A stretch of 63,788 bases of DNA, filler included, from Octopus bimaculoides (lineage: Eukaryota): assembly GCF_001194135.2 (NCBI RefSeq). It is 4 parts of 4 records of this genome, joined end to end, with 100 filler letters (N's around TTAATTAATTAA, not from the genome) between each part and the next. Parts side by side here need not be neighbours in the genome. Positions count along the whole stretch, not along the records: positions 1 to 28,555 come from NC_068983.1; positions 28,656 to 60,514 come from NC_068992.1; 2 more parts are not named here. The stretch is one strand, 5' to 3'. The first letter of the stretch is position 1; every line of letters starts with the position of its first letter. Made by a program: the position numbers and the translations under genes. The notes under the pieces were generated by a model. It was not told the origin of the DNA. It made no database searches and was given only the letters and a program-made list of their open reading frames with translations. Shown here one piece after another: positions 26,826 to 37,902 of this stretch.

Positions 26826-26976
26826 TCAACCATGTTTCGTGGTGTGCTACCACAACAGCTCCTTTATAGGATCCAGTTAGCTCAAGACATCATCAGGAGG
26901 AACTACGTCCGGTTTCGGCCCCTACTCCTCTACCGTTTTGACGTGGCGGGGCCCCTCCTTTCGGAGGTGTCTTCAG
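26826..26976 (-). ncRNA. Two tandem type I hammerhead-like motifs with extra hairpins
   Basis: A: CTGAAGA(26976-26970)-ca-CCTCCgaaaGGAGG-GGCCCC..25nt..GGGGCC-GAAA(26916-26913)-CCGG-AC. B: CTGATGA(26896-26890)...GTGGTagcacACCAC-GAAA(26838-26835)-CATGG-TT. Stem I is poorly supported in both. Confidence 0.55.
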
Positions 26977-27173
26977 CTCTGGTGTTGGGTGCATGTCTTC
27001 TTTCACTGTTTGTGACTGTTCTAATTCAACTGTGGAATGTCCCTCGCTATGGTTATTTTCCAGGAGGTTCTGGCCACACATCTTACGGTTCATCAAACCG
27101 CGTTGTTGAATTACTTTCTTCTGACATACCTTCCCTTGGTGGATTAGGATCCAGTTAGCTCAAGACATCATCA
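26867..27173. repeat. Exact 29-bp direct repeat, 278 bp apart
   Basis: TAGGATCCAGTTAGCTCAAGACATCATCA at 26867-26895 and 27145-27173. Confidence 0.95.
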
Positions 27174-27205
27174 TTATATTCTATAATCACAATCATAATT
27201 ATAAT

Positions 27206-27444
27206 TAGGGATCAGCTAATTGCTTCACCACATACCGAATTTAGAAATAGGTGTTACAAAAACTTTTTCTTCTACCGTAAGAATCTCCCAGACAGTAACA
27301 CACTTTCTTACGTAGGCAAAGTGAAAAATAACGAATCAACACGACTTCGATTAGCGACAGGCGCGTTTCAAGATTAAAGTAGTTAATTTACATAGTAAGT
27401 ACTTACTAAATTCGGTATGTGCTGAAGCAATTAGCTGACCCCTA
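27206..27444. mobile_element. hAT-type MITE (239 bp) with 39-bp TIRs and 8-bp TSD
   Basis: TIRs at 27206-27244 and 27406-27444 (2 mismatches), termini TAGGG...CCCTA, flanked by ATTATAAT at 27198-27205 and 27445-27452. No ORF. The superfamily call rests on TSD length and termini only. Confidence 0.8.
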
Positions 27445-27789
27445 ATTATAATTATGTTTATAATTACAAAAAAAGTTTATATAATCTTACTTATAAAGAT
27501 TATTTTAACCTACCGATCTACTTGATAAAATTATAAATTAATTGATTGATTAATTATTTAATTTAATTAATTAATTAATTTTACCCTTTTATTATTAAGT
27601 TAAGATTATATATAGATATAACTCTCTCTCTATATATATATGTATATATATATATGTATGTATGTATGTATGTATACATATATATATGTATATTGCTGAA
27701 TAGTTTGCAGGAAACAGAATATCCTTTCCAAATAAAAAAAAGTATTTCTAAACATCAATCCCTATCACTTATAGTATAGCAGGCAGATA

Positions 27790-28200
27790 ACAATGTTGTC
27801 GAAGTGGATGCTGTCAGCTGCCACCACGGCCACATGTCCCTTACACGATCTTTAAACTCCTAAATGATTTTCCCCTTCACCACGGCCTTACTGTTGGGTG
27901 AGCAGTTGGTGTATTTCTCAAATGTGCCCCACACACCTTAATGCATTTGATTACAATCGAGGCTGTTGGTAGGGTAGGAATTTAGGCGGCTGTAATCATA
28001 GGAATTTTCTGATAATTAATTTTTAATGTTTCTAATTGCATGGGAAGGAACTCAATCCTGCTGGCACACACATAAGACGTTGCAGAATTAAACCACTTCA
28101 GACAGGGATTGAGCTTAGTCTCCAGCAGTTCCCCATATCCCTGTGAATTGAAACAAAGTCCTTATTTCTGCAGTTTCTTGGAAAGGATCCACTGGGCGAA
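27790..28200 (-). mobile_element. Tc1/mariner transposase remnant (maT/DD37D-like), C-terminal half
   Basis: Minus strand: ELLETKLNPCLKWFNSATSYVCQQD*VPSH...LSEN; PTNSLDCNQMH*GVWGTFEKYTNCSPNSK; AVVAADSIHFD. These correspond to QQDSAPCH / SPDCNPLDY.VWG / AVV.A.G. Confidence 0.8.
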
Positions 28201-28599
28201 AATATTCAGAACGCCTGTTGCTTCTTTTCCTACGCCTCACTAGAATATGGGCTTCAAAGCAGCTGCCTTGTAGCATTTACATTGTTTAACGTGCATTGGA
28301 CAGCAGTAATGATGTCGGTATTTGCATATTCGGCGAGAACTATCGTCACGTGACGTGATACAGATAACTCTTTTCCAAGATTCAGATGGCTTTCTGTCGT
28401 CCATATTTCAACCTCAATTCTTTGACCAATATATAAAGTTGTTCTTGAGAAAAGTAGAAGTAAATGGTCGTAAACTTTTGGCCGAACAACCAATATATAT
28501 TCGTGTGTGTGTGAATGTGTGTGTGTAAATACATACATGCGTACGTATATATATANNNNNNNNNNNNNNNNNNNNNNNNNNNNNNNNNNNNNNNNNNNN

Positions 28600-28611
28600 T
28601 TAATTAATTAA
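28600..28611. other. Synthetic scaffold linker TTAATTAATTAA inside an N run
   Basis: The same 12-mer sits in N runs at 60559-60570 and 61945-61956 (44N+12+44N = 100 bp for those two). It encodes stops in all six frames. Confidence 0.9.
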
Positions 28612-28655
28612 NNNNNNNNNNNNNNNNNNNNNNNNNNNNNNNNNNNNNNNNNNNN

Positions 28656-28703
<48 letters not shown>

Positions 28704-29617
28704 AGCACGTATATATATATAGGTGTGTGTGTGTGTAACCCATATGAGAGTTGTATGTTTGTCTACGTACGTCTAAACAACCGTATCTATTTGAATGACA
28801 CTTCAGTTATAGACAACACTTAATTCATTCCTCACTAAACTCGCTACTCCAACATATAGTTAAACACAAATTTTCATTTGTTCAACTGAACATCACCTCT
28901 TATATCACATAACCACTCCCATAAATAAATTATTAAGATAACGTGAAAACAAGTACGCTCTTCTTCCCGCTACAGCACAATAACACTCAGAATTAACTTT
29001 CTTCTACTTGTGATGTTCATTATCTCCGAAACTAATTTACTCACAAAGTCTACAGATTTTACACTACTCTCTTAGATGTTATTCAATTTTCTAAGCGTAA
29101 TTGTTTACAAAACGCAATTTTGTGCACCAAAACACTCGTTTCAAATATACCATATCTTCTCTTACTCCGTTATTAAAATCATTCTGTAGCAGTATATCAC
29201 ACCAGTAGCAGAAAATCAAAATTATCCAGCTGTGTCCATGTAAATTTGTATTTCTTCAAACCATCTGCAAATGTATAAAGACGCCCACATTAACTACACA
29301 CACACTACATAGCTCCCGTAATAAATGATATTTCCTATGAAGAAATATCCTATTTCTCAAAATTTCTTATTCGTTTCTCACCTGGGAATCAGTTTGAGAC
29401 GTTAACACTTCTAATACGACCGTAATCTTTTCAATACAACCAAACACTCTGTTTTCTCTAAAAATATATTAGGTTCTAAATTTCTTCTGTTGGTTTAATG
29501 CCCCTGGACTTGGCCAGTTAACACACTTGTAAATTTGTATCAGCTAAATTTAATTTAGAAGAGGTTACCCCCTTTGTAGTAGATGATAACTAGTTATACA
29601 GGACGTGTTTTGAGCCA

Positions 29618-29800
29618 CGCCTGGCGAAATGCTTTGCGGTATTTCGTCTGCCGCTACGTTCTGAGTTCAAATTCCGCCGAGGTCGACTTTACCTTTCATC
29701 CTTTCGGGGTCGTTAAATTAAGTACCAGTTACGCAGTGGGGTTGATGTAATCCTTGTTTGTCTTCTCTATGCTTAGCCCCTTGTAGGCAATAAAGAAATA
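29618..29800 (+). mobile_element. SINE family 1, well-preserved copy
   Basis: ggcgaaatgctttgcggtatttcgtctgccgctacgttctgagttcaaattccgccgaggtcgactttacctttcatcctttcggggtcg...cccttgtaggcaataaagaaata. Confidence 0.9.
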
Positions 29801-30499
29801 AGAATAATGTCTCTCTTAACTCTTCCAGGCGGATAGAATACGACGGAGTAGCAGCTTGAAAACTTTATTTGCACTGAGAAAGGAATTACCAATTCCGGCA
29901 TATGACAAGCGATCTAGAGAACATATTAATTGCAACTACATGAAGAAGAGCTTGCAAAGCAGACTTGCGCTGACAATATCGAAAATTTCACCAGTTTTCA
30001 GTGTCCCTTGAAATGTTGCGAAGTGATTTTTTAACCCCCTTGTTATGCTTCACATTATCAGCTGTTTAGTTTAGACTAAGGACATGGTTGCCTGGTTTTT
30101 ACAGGTGAAACTAAGCATAGGAAAAAAATATGCCATGGTTTATTTTTGCATTTATCCTTATACATTTTCTCAACCGATTATTTTTGGTAAACAGATATAA
30201 ATTGCATATAGAAATCTACATGAATACTAATACGCACGCGCGCGCACACACACGGTCACACACATACACATACACATACACACGCCCACGCTCACACACC
30301 GAGTGTAAATAAGTATAAATGAACTCGCAGACACAGATGTGTGTATATATGTGTGTGTATGTGTGTGTGTCTCTGTTTTCCATGAAGTGTTCTACACTAC
30401 TTAATAAATCAAAAGAAAACGCAGGTCCAAGGTGTAAGCATTTTTGTGGATTTCTAAACTCCATTTTGGTCATAGATGAAATAATTGATACTATTTAAC

Positions 30500-30745
30500 G
30501 AACACCTATCATCAGTTCCTTGGATTCTGCATCCTCAATAGAAGATGAAGTAGCGGCAAGAATGAAGTTGAATGTTGGTAAACCACTTGGTGAATTCGTT
30601 TTTAGGTGTTACATTTTGGCGGTAGTTTTGTTACGCAGAACCTACATGAGTGTATTAGCGAAGCTTGGAATGATAGTGATCTTCCAGAGGATTGGAAGTC
30701 TGTCTTTATCTTTCCTCTTTCTAATTGAAAGGGAGTCAGGATAAA
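30500..30745 (+). mobile_element. LINE (RTE-like) reverse-transcriptase N-terminal fragment
   Basis: SIEDEVAARMKLNVGKPLG resembles EEV..AI..L..GKAPG. It is followed after a frameshift by EAWNDSDLPEDWKSVFIFPL..KG, resembling W..G.IP.DWK..I.PI.KKG. Confidence 0.65.
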
Positions 30746-32835
30746 GCGTCGCAGTCTTAGAGGTTTCGCTCTGTATACAGCTGTCTGAATGTTCTGGCAA
30801 ATGTTCTTCTTATCTGGCTGAATAAACAGCTCGTTTTTGCAATCCTATCCGTGAGTTTCATAGCAAGACATGCAGGGAAAATGCAATGATCAGAATATCA
30901 CTCTTGTTCAGGTTTCATTGATTTAACAAATGTTATATGTTCAATACTAGTGCTTTCNNNNNNNNNNNNNNNNNNNNNNNNNNNNNNNNNNNNNNNNNNN
31001 NNNNNNNNNNNNNNNNNNNNNNNNNNNNNNNNNNNNNNNNNNNNNNNNNNNNNNNNNNNNNNNNNNNNNNNNNNNNNNNNNNNNNNNNNNNNNNNNNNNN
31101 NNNNNNNNNNNNNNNNNNNNNNNNNNNNNNNNNNNNNNNNNNNNNNNNNNNNNNNNNNNNNNNNNNNNNNNNNNNNNNNNNNNNNNNNNNNNNNNNNNNN
31201 NNNNNNNNNNNNNNNNNNNNNNNNNNNNNNNNNNNNNNNNNNNNNNNNNNNNNNNNNNNNNNNNNNNNNNNNNNNNNNNNNNNNNNNNNNNNNNNNNNNN
31301 NNNNNNNNNNNNNNNNNNNNNNNNNNNNNNNNNNNNNNNNNNNNNNNNNNNNNNNNNNNNNNNNNNNNNNNNNNNNNNNNNNNNNNNNNNNNNNNNNNNN
31401 NNNNNNNNNNNNNNNNNNNNNNNNNNNNNNNNNNNNNNNNNNNNNNNNNNNNNNNNNNNNNNNNNNNNNNNNNNNNNNNNNNNNNNNNNNNNNNNNNNNN
31501 NNNNNNNNNNNNNNNNNNNNNNNNNNNNNNNNNNNNNNNNNNNNNNNNNNNNNNNNNNNNNNNNNNNNNNNNNTGTGTGTGTGTGTGTGTGTGTGTGTGT
31601 AGGTATATACATATATATTTATATATAGATAGATAGATATATTCGTATATGTATGTATAAGTATATCTGTATATATTTGTGTGTATGTGTTTGTTTCTTT
31701 GTGTGTATATAATATGAATAAACAAAGGTGATATTAATAATTAGTCAAACTATATGTCTCGGACTCGATTGAAAACTGCACTTATGGAAGAAATCCAGTT
31801 TCATAATGGAGCCTTGGTATTATATTGGTTCAATACTATAGGAAATTTCATTAGAGTTTATCTGAAACTCAGATTAATACGTTTTGGCAGATTCCATACT
31901 TTAATTATAAAAAAAAAGAGATATTCATCTCTATTTTAAAATAGTGAATATTCTTTTAAACATACAAAAATATATATGAATATGCATATACATACTTATA
32001 TTTGTATGTATATTTCTGTGGATGTATATTAAATATATAGATAGTTAGATAGTGTGTGTGTATTTATGCATGTATATATATGCATGTATATACATATATA
32101 TGTATTTATGAGTGAGAGTTTGTGTCCGTGTGTGTATGCACTTGTATATGTGCGCGTGTGTATGTATGTGAGTGTTTGTGTGTGTGAAGTAAAAATCAAT
32201 TTTGATTCTTTACGAAGAAGAAAAGAATATATTAGGAATTGATAAGCTTTGTTAAAAACAAGTTCCTCCAGTCTCCCCCTCTCTCTCTTACTCTTCCTTC
32301 TCACAATCGATGATACATTAGAATTGAAGGCATAAATGGATGGTGCTTGTGTAGGATTTCAAATGGGCAATATTAATTTCGTTTCCTTTTTTCAAAATCG
32401 AAAACTTGAAACGCAAATTTTAGATTAGTTGATCTCCAGGAAGGCAGCAACCATCCTGCTCCAAACTTGTTGAATTAAACAAAAAAAGTAAAAAGAACAA
32501 CAACTAATTTTATGAATGTAAATATGAGAACGAATAAACAAAAAACAACACGAAGATTTAATAAAAAGTTCCAATAGATCCATCAAAGCAACATCTAATT
32601 TTTTTCTCTGGAATGTTATTTACATATTTGATGATAATAACAAACATTCAAACACACATGCCTGCGCGTACGCACACACAGACACACGTATATATATATA
32701 TATATATATATATATATNNNNNNNNNNNNNNNNNNNNNNNNNNNNNNNNNNNNNNNNNNNNNNNNNNNNNNNNNNNNNNNNNNNNNNNNNNNNNNNNNNN
32801 NNNNNNNNNNNNNNNNNNNNNNNNNNATACATATA

Positions 32836-32867
<32 letters not shown>

Positions 32868-32943
32868 CTCATATATATACACACATATATACATGTATTA
32901 CGTATATGTATGTACATATATACATACACACACACACACACAT

Positions 32944-32983
<40 letters not shown>

Positions 32984-33626
32984 GCCTTTTTATATCTATA
33001 TATAAACCTTACGAATATGCGTTAGAACAAAAATAAGTGGCTGACAATGATTTGTTATTTGATCTCGGATTAAACCATTCTTCCGCATGCCTATGCATTA
33101 TTATTGAAAGGGAATTCTTGGTATTCATCTGGTATTTGCTATTCAGTGTTTTTCCACCCGTTTTTCAATTCCAATGTCAGCCAGATGGAACATCGTAGAA
33201 AGAACTACTCTAAACCGTTTGATCGATTTATATGTTACGTAGTGAAAACATCTGGCAAATTGTGACAGGTATTACGTTAGTATATACGTATACGTATACA
33301 CATAAAACAACACATAGACACACACGCACACACGAACATACACATATGCAGACACTGACACACATTCACGCACACATACACACATATAGATATGAATTCC
33401 ACCGCCGGGGACTGATATCTTTGTGACACTTCTGTGGCATTTTTTAGCATTATCCATCTATCGAGATGCTTTCTAGAGACGGATGACAGATGTTTTTACT
33501 GTTCATCCATATCAAGTAGGATATAGAGATTGCAATTTGACACTTATATTGCTTCCGTCCTTAATAACTAATTTATGTACATGCATATACCGTCACACAC
33601 GCTTACACACACACATAAATGTATAC

Positions 33627-33668
<42 letters not shown>

Positions 33669-33866
33669 NNNNNNNNNNNNNNNNNNNNNNNNNNNNNNNN
33701 NNNNNNNNNNNNNNNNNNNNNNNNNNNNNNNNNNNNNNNNNNNNNNNNNNNNNNNNNNNNNNNNNNNNNNNNNNNNNNNNNNNNNNNNNNNNNNNNNNNN
33801 NNNNNNNNNNNNNNNNNNNNNNNNNNNNNNNNNNNNNNNNNNNNNNNNNNNNNNNNNNNNNNNNNN

Positions 33867-33915
33867 CTCCACTGATGACGGTAAAGCATATCTTATGCAG
33901 AGCCAGAAATGCGGG
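33867..33915 (+). ncRNA. Degenerate hammerhead-like motif at a gap edge
   Basis: CTGATGA(33872-33878)-cgg-taaa-GCAT atctt ATGC-agag-cca-GAAA(33906-33909). Stem III and the cleavage site are degenerate. Confidence 0.35.
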
Positions 33916-34054
33916 ATCTGAAATTATCCAGTAATTTTTGGGCTAGTTTATTTTGTCTCTTTGTCTACTCTCCTGGTGCTGTATGGACATTTAATGTGGT
34001 TTTAGAGTCAAGTTTTGGCTGTCATATCTAGCATAGTGGTATCTCTTGGAAGCC

Positions 34055-34092
<38 letters not shown>

Positions 34093-34870
34093 TGCCTTTG
34101 AGTGTTTTCTTCAACAGTTACTTAGCAGACTCTATATGTGATACGCGTGAAAATACATCCAGGACAAAACCCTAGAGGAACAGGCATGATCTACTAGAAA
34201 TGATACCCAAATACACGTATATCATATACCTCCATCCGTTTTGCCTCCCAGTATTCTCCAGACACATCCTCCACAGAGTCCTATTAGAAAAACACATCAT
34301 TACACTTTCCATCTGGATTCCCAAGCGTGATCGAATGAGACTATGAATATTATCCAACACACACGCTAGTGTTCTACCCTGTCTATCAGTTTTTAGAAAA
34401 GTAGTGACGCAGTCGATGATATTTCAAGGGCAAACTATGGCTAAAATATAAAATATGATTATCTCGGCCAGAAAAGCTTTAGTCAGAGTTTTGTTCAACT
34501 GGTGGTAAACAATTAGAAAACCAACAGACAAATGCCTCTAAAAACCAGCCAACTGTCATAAATATACAGATAATATACTTAAAGATAAATATATGAACGC
34601 ACGGTGGAATAATGATTGAAATATATAATCAGCCTGTTTGAGTATGGATATAACACGAAAAAATAACTGCAATTTTGTACATCTACCCCTCAATATCTAC
34701 AATTTTCTGAATTTTGTTGTTGTAAATGAATGATCCAACAGAAAAATAATGTTTTACTGCACTCTTTGTCAGAGACTTTCTTTGAACGTTAAGCTTGTTT
34801 ACGATTACACTTGAAAGTATGCATTTCGCGAACCTCATATGAGCAACAAATCGAAAGACTTGTGTGCGCC

Positions 34871-34902
<32 letters not shown>

Positions 34903-36553
34903 TGTATGTATGTATGTATGTATGTATGTATGTATGTATGTGTGTATGTATGTACGTATGTATGTATCTATCTATGTATATACGGAGGGAAAGAGAGAGA
35001 GCGAGAGAGAGCGAGAGAGAGAGAGAGAGAGAGATACAATTAACTAGCTAGATTGTTATAGATATATATAAACATAGAAATTTTGCAACGAACATCATTA
35101 CTAATAAAAACCAAGGCTCACATATATTACTAATAGATGAGTAAATTACTTTTAAAATATAAATACCAACAGTATATATATATACATATATATATATATA
35201 NNNNNNNNNNNNNNNNNNNNNNNNNNNNNNNNNNNNNNNNNNNNNNNNNNNNNNNNNNNNNNNNNNNNNNNNNNNNNNNNNNNNNNNNNNNNNNNNNNNN
35301 NNNNNNNNNNNNNNNNNNNNNNNNNNNNNNNNNNNNNNNNNNNNNNNNNNNNNNNNNNNNNNNNNNNNNNNNNNNNNNNNNNNNNNNNNNNNNNNNNNNN
35401 NNNNNNNNNNNNNNNNNNNNNNNNNNNNNNNNNNNNNNNNNNNNNNNNNNNNNNNNNNNNNNNNNNNNNNNNNNNNNNNNNNNNNNNNNNNNNNNNNNNN
35501 NNNNNNNNNNNNNNNNNNNNNNNNNNNNNNNNNNNNNNNNNNNNNNNNNNNNNNNNNNNNNNNNNNNNNNNNNNNNNNNNNNNNNNNNNNNNNNNNNNNN
35601 NNNNNNNNNNNNNNNNNNNNNNNNNNNNNNNNNNNNNNNNNNNNNNNNNNNNNNNNNNNNNNNNNNNNNNNNNNNNNNNNNNNNNNNNNNNNNNNNNNNN
35701 NNNNNNNNNNNNNNNNNNNNNNNNNNNNNNNNNNNNNNNNNNNNNNNNNNNNNNNNNNNNNNNNNNNNNNNNNNNNNNNNNNNNNNNNNNNNNNNNNNNN
35801 NNNNNNNNNNNNNNNNNNNNNNNNNNNNNNNNNNNNNNNNNNNNNNNNNNNNNNNNNNNNNNNNNNNNNNNNNNNNNNNNNNNNNNNNNNNNNNNNNNNN
35901 NNNNNNNNNNNNNNNNNNNNNNNNNNNNNNNNNNNNNNNNNNNNNNNNNNNNNNNNNNNNNNNNNNNNNNNNNNNNNNNNNNNNNNNNNNNNNNNNNNNN
36001 NNNNNAATACACAGCTTGGACTAGATAATATGATAATCAAATTGAATCTGATTAATAACAAGTTATTCTATTTTATGTATACAGATTTGCCTTCTCTTCA
36101 TATCTACCCATATATTTTTATGTAGATATAAAGTACTGTCACTTCAAAAGATTAACTATCTCGACTGATATGCACCACTAGGCGCAATTGAAAGAGCGTG
36201 AAAGAATTTGCGTGTTAGGGAATGAAAATAAAATCAAAAAGAAAATAATGAGTTTGCTTTGATATTTCTTGAAATATGGACAGCTTTGAAGACCATAGAC
36301 AATACTTGCTTCACAAACCATTTGAAAATACAATTCGCTTGTATAATACTAACTAAATTTCGAGTATAGCAATTTGAAAAAGAAAAGAAATGCGTTAGAC
36401 CAAAATCATTCACGATGAAAATTATTCAGTTTTCTAGGTGTTGGTATTAACTTCATTTTCTCTAAAGTGTCAATTCATTTTATGGGATGATTTTTTGTTT
36501 TCTAGACAGGCATTTAGTAGTATTATAAAATTCTTGCTTTAGGGCTAAATTCA

Positions 36554-37354
36554 TCTCTATATATCAAACATAGGATATGTGTGTGTGTGTGTATGTCTGT
36601 GTTTGTAGTACGTATGCATTTCTACAATTTTCAACCGATTTTCACCAAACATTTACACATACATTACTTATGTACCAAGGATGGTCATGCACTATAATAT
36701 TCTGTCCTGCGAGAAACCAGGAAAAAACGTGTTTTACACGGGTTTTTCTCTAAAAACTCGAGCAGTTTTCAACCGATTCTCTCCCCTTTAATTCTGCAGT
36801 TTTCAACTAATTCTCTCCCTTTTCTCTCTCTGTTTATTTCTCTCTTCTCTCCCTTTTTCTAATTCTCTCTTTCTCTTGCTTACACATATTCTCTCTCACC
36901 CCCTCTTCTACGCTATATCAGTTTCTTTTACACTTTCACGCTTTCTATCTATCTCTCACTTTTGCGCACTCACACTACCTTCTGTCAACAATTTGGCATC
37001 TATGCATTTCAATTAGTCGTGCATAAAATTTTCTTGTCTTACGGTTTTTGTACGTTTTCCCTTAAAAATAATTTGGCTATTTTTAATGTTTGTTTACCCT
37101 GTGTGTTGAAATTTAATCTTTCTTCATCTGCCTAAAATTGACTTCAGTGTATTTCAATTTTGTCGTGCATAAATATATTTGTCTTTAAGTTTTCCTTAAA
37201 TTATTACTTTACTTATTAAAATTTTTTTGCCCTCTGATTATTTCAATACACCATTTACATTTCCTCCTATATCGAGAAAAGTTGTGCGTGCGGTCGTGCA
37301 TCCGTACGTATGACCGCTATGGGTCACATACAGCCGATGTGCCTTTATTACTAA
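36554..37354 (+). mobile_element. Probable non-autonomous Helitron-like element
   Basis: Starts A|TCTCTATATAT followed by a short (GT) tract and two ttttcaaccgatt motifs. Ends with a hairpin (gg.cacat...atgtgcc) and CTAA, where CTAG is expected. No ORF. Confidence 0.45.
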
Positions 37355-37485
37355 CAAATCTGATTTCAACCACGTCACTGAGCGGCCATGCGTTAGAAAA
37401 AACTATCAGGTTTTATCACTCATGCTGTATATATGATTGTATATGTATGTATGCATGTATGTATGTATGTATGTATTTATGTATG

Positions 37486-37520
<35 letters not shown>

Positions 37521-37599
37521 ATATATATACATATGTAACAACATTTGGATCGTTGGGGATTTTTTTCCTTCGTTCATTTTTTTTATATGTCGATTTGTG

Positions 37600-37720
37600 C
37601 GCGACTGTGTTTGTACCCCTCCCATTGCTTGACAACCGATGCTGGTGTGCTTACGTCCCCGTAACTAAACAGTTCGGGAAAAGAGACCGATAGAATAAGT
37701 ACTAGGCTTATAAAGAATGA
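37600..37720 (+). mobile_element. SINE family 2 body fragment downstream of a microsatellite
   Basis: ttgcttgacaaccgatgctggtgtgcttacgtccccgtaact...aaagagaccgatagaataagtactaggctta. Confidence 0.8.
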
Positions 37721-37853
37721 GCGATGAGGTCATTTTAAAAACTATCATTTTAATGCCGAGCATCGCCGGATATCTCTACCAGCTGTTTTATAAAGTACAT
37801 TTATTAGTTTCCCTGTTCATAATTAGAATTATGTTTTATTAGATTTTCGAAAC

Positions 37854-37902
37854 ATGCGACCTTTGCAATAGGCATCAATATGCGACCCTTGCAATAGGCA
37901 TC
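37854..37902. repeat. 26-bp tandem duplication
   Basis: atgcgacctttgcaataggcatc / atgcgacccttgcaataggcatc. Confidence 0.85.

Noticed and set aside
26679-27158. 159-aa ORF
   Set aside because: It is a chimera of SINE antisense, microsatellite and HHR-region sequence with no recognisable domain.
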